From Geosiphon pyriformis uo1 (Eukaryota > Fungi > Glomeromycota): DNA of 27,051 nucleotides. This document shows positions 9,558 to 21,715 of the stretch, one piece after another. The stretch is taken from contig JAAOMT010000426.1 in the NCBI GenBank assembly GCA_016748015.1, positions 1-27,051 of the forward strand, in the 5' to 3' direction. The notes beneath the pieces were generated by a model that was not told the DNA's origin, did no database searches, and saw nothing but the letters and a program-made list of their open reading frames with translations. How positions within the stretch are numbered: the first letter of the stretch is position 1; each line of letters begins with the position of its first letter. Position numbers and translations under genes: made by a program.

Positions 9558-10645
9558 TATAATTTTTCTTTTCGAGTGGTTTTTTGAGTTAAAATTTTGA
9601 AAAGAGAAGAATTTTCAAAGATATAGAATAGTTCTGTAGAGTCGCAAGTGGTCGAGTATTTATGAGCGATTCATTCTAACGGGTTGAATCAGAAAAAATA
9701 TTAGCCCCCCATTTTAATTTTTTAATGTTTCGTAAGCAAAAAGAATCGTGTACTCTAATATATAAAGAGGGCGTTATATAAAAATAACTATGTTTGAAAG
9801 TTAAATTTATTGATGTATCGTTCAATACATCAGATCTGTGTGATAGCAGCTGAGGGGGGGCAATTGTGGATAAATGGAATCGATATCGATTCCCAAAAGA
9901 TTTTTTTTTTCAATTATTGACCTATTCCTTAGATTAATCATTAATAGTATCGATAATCACTTATTGTACACCAGATTTTTATCAAAAAATCAAATCAAAC
10001 CTGTTGAAAAAAAAATTTCAAAGAAATTATGTTACATGAGAAACAAAAAATTTTTGAATTTAGAAATAAATCGACAAAAAGAAACGAGAGTAATTCGGGG
10101 TGGGTAAGACTCAAAAACCATTTAGAGGATCGTTTAAAGTTATGCTATCATAATTAATGATAGTTGTTATAAGTTTCAAATGTATTGTTTCAGAATGTCA
10201 TGTTGTATTTTAAGATTTGATTAGTACCGATTTATGAAATGATAAAAAGACAAATCGTGGAAAAACGTCAATTTTTGTGATTGCGCAAAGCTGTGAGATT
10301 TTCTCACTGATGAAGGTTTAATTCTTTTTTTATTTGAAAAAAAAACATTGTAGACTTCCTTTTCTCCTTGAATAGAAGAATTTGCAAATTTGATCTATTA
10401 GTTGGAATTTATTTATCAGGCTAAGACTAATTTCGACCCATCAGCGGCAAACATGATCATCATAATCATCAATAAAGTTTAAAAGTGGGGGAATCCAGAA
10501 AAAACAAGTTAATCAATTTTGAGAATTTAAGAAAATTAGAAGCCCAATGACGGAAGACATCGGGTATGGCATCATGTGGTGATCTTGGTTTTTACCGTAA
10601 ATAACATCTAATAAAACAAAAGTTGTCCCAAACTTTCAGTTACTT

Positions 10646-10688
10646 GGGGGGAAGGAGGAAGAAGAGGAGGAGGAAGAGGGGGAAAAGG
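10646..10688. repeat. 43-nt pure polypurine (GA/GGA) tract
   Basis: ggggggaaggaggaagaagaggaggaggaagagggggaaaagg, read directly. Confidence 0.85.
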
Positions 10689-13600
10689 CAATTATTATCA
10701 GAAATAACTGGTTGAGGGGCTTATCATTTTTTTAAGGCCGAACCAATGATTAGATCAGGAAATCATTTGACACAGGGGATGACTGTAGTGATGTCAGGCA
10801 ATAACACTATTTTCATATTTGATAAGGTTGTTATAATATGATTGCTGATCCACTTTCCCCGTACCTCGATTAGAGGTAATGTTGAAAGTGGCTAAAAGAC
10901 AAAAGCCACTACGATACCAAAAAAACGGCGATCAGCAGCATATCTGCAGGAAAAAGACGCCGTTTATCTTCCATATCTTGTTGTCGTTCTGCAAAGCGAC
11001 AAACATTGTAACCATGTGAATGTGGAATATAGAATTATCGGCAAGTAACAGCGACTATAATTGAACTCGCACCGGCTTTTCGATTAATAAGTTCAGAGGA
11101 AAGAAATATTTGCAAATTTATTGTTGGGTTTCTTTGTTTTTTACGATCCCCTGTCAATAAACCGAAAGCTTGTTTGTACAGTTCAAACATCAGAAAAATA
11201 ACCCAAAAATCGTTCCCCCAAGCTCTCTCAATGTCGGTTATCATCAAGATTAATTCTTTTAAACTTTGTTTTAGGCATTAACTGTCAGTAATTTACTCGC
11301 ATTTGCATCAAAAAGATTTTCTCTTAGGCAGGCGCTATATTATGCACGTAATGCTCCACAAATATTATTGACTATCGAACTTGGGGACTAGGACAATGCA
11401 CAAATCATATCCTCATTTAAGGCTATGTTAGTCTCACATGAGGAAAATTACGAACAAACATTCCTCCTATACATCATGTGTTCCAATTGTTTTGATTTAA
11501 TCTTAACGTAATTTCGGTTTTCCTGTTTTTATCACTAATCGGGGTTTTATTTTATTCAAATGGAAAAAATTTACACCGAAATGCTTTTATGATCATTTTT
11601 GAAAGAATCAATAAAAGATGCGCTTTTTAGCCTTCAAAAGAAGTTTTTATCCAAATAGGAGACTCTGGCTAAGTTTATATGCATTATTAGCATTTTTCTA
11701 AAAAGACCAAACCTTAAATTATTGATTGATACTGTTTAGATTTGCTATCTAATTTATTTCATGTTAGGTCAAATTTATGGTTCTATTGCCTGGTCTGCAA
11801 TTATTATCTTTCAAAGATTTGGAATATGATAAAAATTAGAAGAATTCGAAGAGGTTATTATACTCAAAAGATTTTTCATTTTCGGGAAAACATTTTTAAA
11901 AATCTATAAAGGAAAAAATTTAATTGAAAACCCTCAATTCAAAATATATCCTTAAAAATTTATATAATTTGGGCTATTATGCAAGGGGGACTAAAAATTT
12001 TTTCATCAAATTTTCTTGAAAAATTTACCACCCTGTTAATCTTAATTAATTGCAAAAATATAAAATGGATCTTTGCAAACACAAAAACTATAAACACATT
12101 AAGAATTTAGGGTGCAGTGTTTGGTTTTTGATTTTAAATAAATTTTACTCTTGAATTTGGATTTCAAGATTTGATTACGGTGATCCATTATCTATAATTT
12201 AAGAACTTTAATCTTTAAGTCTGAATCAATTCCTTCTAGGACTTTTTCAATCTCTTTAATTGATTCAAAATTAAAAAATGAAAAATAGTCAACTACTTTA
12301 TTTAGTTTATTTATGTATACAAAATGTTTTTTGAGTTTATTATAAATTGTTTGGGTTTTGATTAATCTCCTAAAATGGTAAGGCTTGAGGAAAATTCTCA
12401 TTAGATATTTTTGGTAAATTGCAAATAATCACAAATTTTGTTTTTATTTGGAATTTTTTGAATTCAACACGTCAATATAAATCTTTGTAAAGAATTATTG
12501 TTGGTGTGGATTTAAGATAATTTTTTAAATATTGCATTTTATAATGAGGTTTAATAGCTTTCTTTCATCTGCTTATAATTGGAAGAATGGTTAAAAATAT
12601 CCTGAAAGTATAAGGAAATAAAGAATATCTGCTATGTAAGGATAATTCTAAACTTAATAAACCACCTTTCTTTCAATTGAATTGTGAAATCCAAAACTTT
12701 AAGCAGTTATTTTCAAACATGGATGTATTTTGGGGTCTCATATTCTATATTTATATTTCTTTGGATTCATAAATATTTTAATATTTACACGAATGCTTAA
12801 AAGAGCTTATTTAAAATTGGAGGTATCTTCAGCTCATTGATAGCTTAAGAAGTTTTTATTGACTTTAGGAAGATTTCAAAATCATTCCTACAAAATATTG
12901 CGACAGAAATTCATATTCTTCTCTCATTCTAATTTTGTACTTGATTTTTCTGACAGTCTTTTGATGATGAACAATCTTTCTACTTCTTAAGCTTCAAGAT
13001 TGAAAATCCCCTTTACCGGCGCTATTGGCATCTAGACCATTGGCGTTAAATAAAATCTAAAAATTTTTAGTCGAAATCTTTCAGCATATAGTTCCATCTC
13101 ATTATTTAAACATACTATGAAAAAATATCATTTTTATTGTTGATTCGTCGCGTGCATTGTTTCATTTAAATATATATCAACTGAGTTGAGTTTAACAACC
13201 TTCCTGTAAATACTTTTTTGGCAACAGATTACAAAATTCAAACGAAATTTTCAGTGTCCCACATGAATCAATGTATAAATGTACAGAAATTTGTTCAGGT
13301 AATTTATGTTTTATTAAACAAAGTCTTTCTTTATTACATATGGGGCAAAGTATATATGAAGAACATCAATTTTTCAGCGATGGTTTATAAAGAAAGTGCA
13401 ACGCTCTTTAGTAAAAATTTTCTTCCAAAACCATAATTTTTTTTAATGTTACATAGCATCACAAAGTTCAGAATGTATGCTCTTGAAATATACTAAATCA
13501 GGAACAAGTATTTTCCTAGTCTTTTTAAACCAATGGTTAATGCATAATTTAAATCATCACATCCAAAAAGTTTATTGTTATCAAATTTAAATGGCATTTT

Positions 13601-15156
13601 GCTTTAAGAGAAGAAATCACCAGAAATTGTTTGAAAATAATTTTTTTCAACCAAACACTACATTGTAATTTGTCTTATCATCTATCACAAAAATTTAGGC
13701 CAAAATTTTAATATTTATTAAGTATATTTTTTAAGGTTTTGGTTTTTTATACTTAAATAAGTATTTCTTTATCATTTCTTTTTTTGATTTTATTGAGCTG
13801 AAACAGTAAACACAAAATAACTTTTTAATTTTTCTTTGGAATATAATTACAATTCTTTTCATTTGTAAATATAATTGAAAAATTAATTAATAACTTTTAA
13901 AATTGACCATAATCTAATTTTAAACATTATTTAATTAAAGATTCTTAATTACAGAAATATATTTAAAATTTTAAAAAGAAAAATAAGCTAATCCTTGAAA
14001 TATAAAAAGCTTATTTGTTGGAATGATAAGAAATTTGGGATAGTTATTTCATGTCCATTTTGACTATGCCATTTATAGGCGATAAGACTAAACCTATCAA
14101 GCGTTAAGATATTGATTCTCATACCGAAGGAAATTATTTATATTTTTGTGGTCATCAGAACACCCTTTATTGAAAAATGTTTATCTGATTCATTATTTGA
14201 AAAAAAGCTTACCAAAATATGCAAAAGAAGTCACCATCTTTTTTTTTGAGCATGCAATCGACAAAGTCGAAGTTTATGTGCAGCTCCACTGTTTTGTACA
14301 AGAAAACAACTCATCAATTCCTGTTAACTATATTAAAATAAAACGTCATGCATTTCAAGATTTGTTAAAAAGTTAAGGTTCCGAAAAAATTTCCTCGTTA
14401 ACGGATTTTTTGGGCGCATTCAAGGAACTCTCAAATATTATTTTTTAAGCATTCTTGATTATCAAATCTTTTTATAAAGTAGCTAAATCCTTTTTCAGAT
14501 ATTATAAAGACTTTCAATGACTTAAATTTTTACACTGTCAAATCGTTTGAAGAAATCCATTTCTATTTTGAAACAATAGAATTTGCTCTAAAATAGATAT
14601 TTAAGAAAAGACGAAAAGACTAGCATGTGCAGCGTAATCTTAAGTTATATTGAACAAATTCAAGAGAAAAAAAAGTAGAATCCTTTTTGCTGTCAAGTTT
14701 AAATTTTATTTAAAAGGTTGGAAAATTTTGATCCAAATTAGAAATTAATATCAAATAGAAGTAAAAATGATATCTGTTGTATAAAGTTTCCAAATTTTTC
14801 ACGGAATTATCGATTACGAAAAAAACTTGAAAATATATTATTATAAATTCTTTTATCTATATGAAACTAAAGTTTCATGCCTATAATTTTTTTAATCAAA
14901 GATCATGATATTTAGTTCGAATCCAAAAAATTTTAATAAAATTTAAGGTAAGAATTTAAATAATTATAAAATCATGAATTCAAAATTTTAGTTTTTTAAA
15001 ATTGTTATATTAACATCTTTGTAAAAATATTTATTTTTTAAGGTGGATTCTATAAATTTTAGTCTTTTAAGTACATATTTACAAAAAGAAAAAAAATGAA
15101 ACTCAATTTAAAATTAACAAAATTTCCAAGTTTTTAAAACTTAAAATAACTAGTAA

Positions 15157-15186
<30 letters not shown>
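15157..15186. repeat. (ATT)10 microsatellite
   Basis: Direct tandem repeat. Confidence 0.9.
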
Positions 15187-15188
<2 letters not shown>

Positions 15189-15881
15189 GCATTATAGTAT
15201 TTTATAAAATGTTGTTATTAATACTTACTTTAAAAATTTTGTAAATTTTATACAAATAACTATTTACATTTTGGATTTATAGTCTAAGAATAATTGGTTA
15301 ATAAAAGATTTTTACATAAAATTTCTTTTTAATTGGTGGTTTTTATTTGATTTAAAAACTTTGATAAATATAAAATTGTATAATTTTTTAATAAACTTTA
15401 ATGTATATTTTTATCTTTAATTTTATATAGTAGAATTTATATTAAAGATGTATAAAAAATATAAAATTTCATTTGATATTTGTTTAGAATATATACAGAA
15501 AACCATAATATATATATATAAAATATAGTTAATACTGATTATAATTATTACAGTTGTTAAAACTTATAGGTTTGTCCTGCAGATCCCTTGCAGTGCACAG
15601 ATCTTCACCCTGTGGTAATATTTTTATTTAAAATGGTCATAGATCATCAACACTTCGAATCATGCCTGTTCTTATTTTTTAGGAAATACAAAATTTTCAG
15701 TTGAGGTCTTCTAAAGGGTAAAGGTTTCAATAAGTTTTATATTATTAGGATCAAACATTTTTACCTGTTATATCAGTCGACAGGTTGGAAGCTCGTTTGA
15801 AATGCCAATAATTGGCTATTTAGTGACTCAAAAAGCTTTTATCTGCTGCTTTTCTTATCAGGAGCTCAAAAAATCTTGATC

Positions 15882-16733
15882 ATGGGAGATTATTTAGGCA
15901 AAGAATTCATTGAAAAGAAAAGTAATCGATCAACCGCTAACTTCTCAACTTTACAAGATGATAGGATAGTGCTGAATGTTGGTGGGACAAAGGTATAAAA
16001 TAAAGTAGAACCTACTTTTCATTTGCCATGCGTAAAAGCATTTCAAATATAAATTTAACTATCAAAAAATCGCTAGTTTGAAACACTTCGTTCAACATTG
16101 ACTGCCTACCCAGCAACACTTCTTGGCACCATGTTTCATGAAAGGAATCGAAGTTTAGTTAAATTGACCGACGATAATGAATACTTTTTTGATCGAGATC
16201 CACGAGCATTTTCATACATTATGGAATTCTACCGTAATGGTGAGCATGAGTGGCCAAACTTTGCCAATTCTCTTACGAAGAAAGAACTAAAACGGGAACT
16301 AGATTTCTTTGGTATTCCAACAGCAGATTCTCTCAATCAAATTGGGAAAATTTCACTTGAAGAGCAAGCTGCAACATTAGACGAATTTACTGAAGTAATG
16401 AGAATGGTCATACTTGAGATGCAGCGGCTTTTTCGAAGAAGGATTACTATTAATTTTCCGATTTTTGAATTCTATTTGTTTTCCGTCGTCCCGGATTTGG
16501 AGGTGATAACTTCTTTGTTAAAGCCGTATCAAATAATCGGCTCACCTATTGCTGAACATTTTGGCGTAGCAATAGGCAAACACTTGTCCATTGAGTTCCC
16601 AGGATTAGTCTATAAAATTAGCTCAACGACTGTGAAAAATGGCAATGAGGAAAATGCGTATAAATGGGAGTTGAAGGTTCCTTTGGCTTTTGAAAATAGA
16701 TTCGTAATTGAAAGATCTTCTTTGAAGAGATGA
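15882..16733 (+). CDS. BTB/POZ domain protein (KCTD / potassium-channel T1 type) with an uncharacterised C-terminal region, 255 aa, 2 exons (15882-15992, 16077-16733)
   Basis: Intron 15993-16076 (GTATAA..CTAG, phase 0) joins RIVLNVGGTK to FETLRSTLTAYPATLLGTMF...EYFFDRDPRAFSYIMEFYRNG...LKRELDFFGI, the canonical KCTD/T1 BTB motifs. No channel transmembrane segments follow. Confidence 0.92.
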
Positions 16734-16875
16734 ATTAGATAGGGCTTTGTATTCATAAAATTTCCACATGACCGGCCATTAATAAAATATCAATTTTAAA
16801 GTTAAAAATATTTGATGTAACGTGTACAAGAGTTAATTCGGTTTTTCTGTTAAAGTGTTTATCAGAAATAGGTAA

Positions 16876-16916
16876 ATTTTGAAATTGAAATTAAAATTCA
16901 ATTTCAATTTCAAAAT
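16876..16916. repeat. Perfect 17-bp inverted repeat with a 7-nt spacer
   Basis: ATTTTGAAATTGAAATT (16876-16892) and AATTTCAATTTCAAAAT (16900-16916). Confidence 0.85.
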
Positions 16917-18124
16917 CAAAATCAATATTTTGTAATATCCAAATAGATTTAATTTAATAAAAATATAAAATTTTTCTTGGCTAATAAAGCTTTATCAAAT
17001 TAATAATGAATCAAAATAATCATTGAAATAAATTAAATAGTAAGGGTGTTTTTGTATGGTTTTCGAACTTGAAATACTTTATATTTAGTGGTACGATTAA
17101 ATTTAGCCGATATATTAGATTTTTACCAATTCCAACTATTAAATTGACCTTAAAAAATGTATTTTAATTTTAATTCAGGGTCAATGTCTATATTCAATTG
17201 AAAAATAAAACTTTTTTTAAATTTTATCCCAGTATTTTTCTACCAGTATTTTTCTACAAATATGTTAAAAGCATCTGAATTTTAGTTATTTTATCAGATC
17301 AATCATATTTAACCCCGAAAGAGCAAAGGTTGAATTACCAAATTCAATCAAATTTGCAAATAACATTTTTGACCAAGAGAGTATAGTCCTAATGATAAAA
17401 TTAGCTCATTTACTGTTTTAATCGAAGCAAAAATCTTTTTTGAAACAATTTTTAAAAGTTGAATTGACTCCTTTGCTTTTCACGAGAGCGGATTTATTTT
17501 TGATATTAAATATATAATTTTATTTACAAAACCAATTTAGTCTGGGAAATCTCGAAATACTTGACTTAAATACATATGTAAACATTTTTATTTGCGTAAA
17601 ATTTTTGTGACTTCAATAAATAAATATCTGGCTTCAAATAATTTTTAAACTAAACATTTTAGTCCGATCTACCATAAAAGTGATTGAAACGATGGAGCAA
17701 AACTGTAGGCGTTAGCCGGATGACTTCAAAAAGCGCTTAAAAAGTCTTTGTGAGAAATTGTTTTTGTTTAATTAAGATTTCCCGAGGATGAATTTTTTAA
17801 AAAATCTTTGAAATAGAAATCAGATCGGGGTTGCGTAAAATTTCATCATGGATGATCATTTCTTTTTCCTCTTACCCCACCATCGGGTGATAATATTTCT
17901 CCTTGATAAAAAGCAATGATTTAATCACGGTGGGAAATTACTTGTGATGAAAAAATAAATGATTTCAGTTTGATGTGGGATGACCAATGTTTGTGTTAAC
18001 ACATCTATTCGATCGTCATATATCAAATATTTGTAATATAAGAAGGGTAATTCGCCATCATTTGCTTTCTTTTCCATTTAATCTCATAATTAAACTTTCT
18101 TGCACGCATAAAAATTTTTCACCA

Positions 18125-18743
18125 ATGCTATCTTTAAGAAAATCCCGTTCAATGTGTATTTTGAGACACTTTGAGACCGAAAATGATGAGACACATTTAG
18201 CTTTTTTACCACATGCCAATCGTAAAACAAAAAGAAGCAACACTGATTTTTCAAGAGATACTCTCAAATCTTCTTTATCTCAACTTATTTCATCACAAAC
18301 TATTTCACAAAATTCAAATATCAAATTTGATGAACCTATTGACGATATTTTGACAAATTCTTCTGGAATACAACAACACAATGACCCAACGATATTCAAC
18401 TATACTGGTAAAATCATAATACCTATAAATAACGGGCAATCCAAAAGTTGTCCAATCAATATTCCTTCACCTAATAATAAATTAAGCACTCGAAAAGGAT
18501 CTTTAACAACAGATTTTGAAAGTATATTTTTGGATGAATCTGAATATTTTGACAGATACTATGATGATGTAAGTGAATTCAAAATTTTAGATAATTTTGA
18601 AATTTTTCTGTGTATCGTATTAACCAAAATCTTATTCTTTTCTCCAGGAAGAATTATCATCAACAGTCACTGATTCAAGCGAAGAAGTCTATTACTTTTC
18701 TGATGACTCTGATTTTGGGAATAATGAAGAAATTCGTTGGTGA
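18125..18743 (+). CDS. Hypothetical protein, about 179 aa, 2 exons (18125-18568, 18648-18743); Ser-rich and probably disordered, with an acidic C-terminus
   Basis: The long ORF 17987-18673 contains a strong intron at 18569-18647 (GTAAGT..TTAAC..pyrimidine tract..CAG, phase 0). Removing it continues the acidic tract YYDD/EELSSTVTDSSEEVYYFSDDSDF to TGA at 18741-18743. The start could instead be the upstream in-frame ATG at 17987. Confidence 0.7.
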
Positions 18744-20347
18744 ACATTTGATCATCATTTCCTTTTCAAAACTATTCTATTTTTAAGAATAGAGTTTTTG
18801 AAAATATTTGTATAGCAAAAAAACATTGTAATTTAATTTCTTTCAAAGATGAATTTTATTTAAATCATAAAAAAAATCCCACGCCAGATTATTGACCGAA
18901 AAATGATTTACCCGGTTGCACTTGCTGATTAATTTAAGGTTTAATTTGGATAGGTGATTTTTCTGAGAGCAACGAAAAAAAAGGAAAATCTTAAAATTAG
19001 AAGTTGACATTTTTTTTTATAAGAATTCTTGAGATTGAATGTTTGAAAGATTTTCTCATAACCTACAATCTTATGATCATTTAATATAAGTATGTCTCTT
19101 CGATTTGATACTTTTTAGAGACTAAAATAAATCATTTTCAAGGAATAATAAATTTTTTATCGCAATTGAAAAAATTTATCAATAAACTATGGTTATTTAA
19201 TCTAAAATAATATTCATTTTTTCTTTACCATTATTGTTATAGAAGTTTCCAAAGATAGCAGAAAATGTTTAATAGACTAATTTACTATGTCTCGAATAAT
19301 TAATATTTTAAGTTCTATTGGCTGTATATTTTATCATACATACCAAGGCTATGTTGTAACCCTACTTTGCCATATTAAAACCAACCGGACAGCCTAAATC
19401 AAGTCCTAATTCTTTCTTCTTCTGAAACTGAGTAAGATTACATCTTGGCCCATTGTGCAATTTAAAAATTTATCTAACAGAAACCTTTTTTTATAAAATA
19501 AATGCCGAGCTGATTTGCAAACTTTTTTTTAATTTTTAGTCACCTTGCATATTTTTAGGTATCATTTAAATCTTGAGCCAATCAAAGAAGCGTTACATAA
19601 ACAGTTTTCATGAATATATATATACAAAAATTGGAAGCGATCTTTAACTTTCAGACAAGCCAACTAAATATCTCGAATTAGATTTTTTTTATTAAAAGAA
19701 GCTATAAATTAAAAAGTTTTGACAAAGAAAAATGTATCATAAGATAAAATTAATCTAAATTTAAAATTATAAGCCCAAACTAAAAATAAAAATAATAAAA
19801 ATTATATTTATTATACGGCAAAATAATTATCAGTTGTCATTTATGAGTAATTACCAAGGCCCAAAAAAGTTAATTATATTTTACTTATTATGTTTGTTAT
19901 TTTCAATCTTTAATGAAATCAGATACTAAAAAAGAAAATGGATGGCACACATCTAAAAATATATCAATACTAACCAATTTCAATTTTTAATAAACAAATC
20001 TATATCTATCATCTAAATTATATAAAAAATAAGTTACGTCTTTTTTTTTACATTTTCTGTTTTCTTTTCACTATAAAACTTATTAAATTCAACGCTAAAA
20101 TTATTAAAGAAACAAAATCATTGAACTCATAATATAAATTTTAAATATCAATTTCAAAAAGTTTAATTTAAACCAGTATTTATCAACTCTAATTCATTCG
20201 TTTCCTCGCGTTCAACTCGTACCAAAGCAAAGCGCTATAAAATCGATTAATAAAATTAGTTTTTAAGATAAAATGAGCTCATAATGAGACTCATTATAGG
20301 AATAAAATTGTAGGAAAAGGTATTTTTATAATAAATGACCTAGTTGA

Positions 20348-20395
<48 letters not shown>
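20348..20395. repeat. (AAT)16 microsatellite in the last intron of the pseudogene
   Basis: Direct tandem repeat. Confidence 0.95.
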
Positions 20396-21679
20396 TGTAA
20401 GATATTTGATTTGGTGAAACGTCAAAATTTTGAAAAAAGGCTAAATCTTTGAAATCAAACCTTAATTACAAATTGTGGAATATCCTCAATAAAAATATTG
20501 ATGGTACTACCCTAAAAGATCAAATCTTCAAGTCTTTTGGAAATTGGTGCACTGAAAAGCTTCAAATTTGCATACTTTGAATGTAAAAGATTCAGAGCAT
20601 CTATATCAGCTGCAGAGAGTATAGTGAATAAGGCAGCGGGCTTTGCAAATTTCCGAAACCATACAACATATTCACTATTCATGCTAATCTCATTGATTAT
20701 GATGTATCCTGCCAGTCCCGTGTTAAAAAGAAAAGGTATTACTAGAAAAATATTACTATTCAAAGAAACATATACGAATTAATTATATTTGCTGTTTTTA
20801 AATTTTTAATGCATTTACAATTTATAAATTAATTACCTTGGTAAATATAAAAATCCCACATCTTTTCCGTTTTTTATATTGAATGTGATGTCAACTATGA
20901 TATCGACTAGAATTAATATAATAGAAACAACTGCAGAGCTATTACCCTAAAATTAGTAAAAGTTATTAAAATATTTATTTAATTTAAATCTTAAACTAAT
21001 AATTATCTGCGAAAAAAATCCAAATACCTTGGGATTTTTTTTTTTTCCTATAAAATATAGACCCATTAATATTATTGGGTTAATAGCAATTGCAATTAGA
21101 TAAAATTTATTTTCTTTCCAAAAATTCGCTAAAAACCAAAAAATTATTAAATTATCTACAGTTTCATAGAAATCAAATAATGAAGATTGATTCATGCTCA
21201 CTCACGTTGAACTTGGAACCCAAAAGTCTCATCTAAAAAGCCCGTATGTGAATAAGTGCTAATGGGAGTGAACCATTTATTCTCGATTAATTCATTGAGG
21301 TCATGTGCAATTTCCTTTGGATTTCTAGAACCGCTTTTTGAAGAAATTTGAAGTCGTAATATTGCTCGGCCTACTGATTCTGATTTAGATTTATCAATCT
21401 TATGATCAATAATTTTGATACGACTTCTTTCAACTGGGATTGTAAAAGATAATTGATCCTCAAGTGTTTTGAAAACTTCTCGTTCGTTGTTAATTTTGTT
21501 GAAATCCGAGAAATTTGTATTCAGACGTAAGAATCCAATCAGGGTAGCTTAAAATCAATAATTATTATGTATTTTAGTTAGATAGCGACCTTAAAAATTT
21601 TCTAATAAAAAATAAACAATAAAACTTCTTACCTGCATATTTGCTTTCTTTTCCTTCTAAACGATTCAAATAAAATAAA

Positions 21680-21715
21680 AAACAAACAAACAAACAAACA
21701 AACAAACAAACAAAC
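21680..21715. repeat. (AAAC)9 microsatellite, intronic
   Basis: Direct tandem repeat. Confidence 0.95.

Noticed and set aside
9874-11247. ORFs 9874-10107 (+) and 11035-11247 (-), and a possible C/D snoRNA near 10776-10851
   Set aside because: The ORFs have no recognisable features, and the box C motif does not match RTGATGA.
13218-14376. ORFs 13218-13436 and 14146-14376, and coding-like minus-strand pieces at about 13250-13650
   Set aside because: Non-ATG starts and no family motifs I could name; they may be degraded sequence but are unsupported.
14911-14927. TTTAG-TTCGAAT-CCAAA, like a tRNA T arm or Pol III B box
   Set aside because: Isolated, with no cloverleaf or A box upstream; at most a decayed tRNA/SINE fragment.
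18058-18267. 69-aa minus-strand ORF
   Set aside because: Antisense to the 18125-18743 gene.
20537-20782. 81-aa plus-strand ORF
   Set aside because: Antisense shadow of a pseudogene exon.
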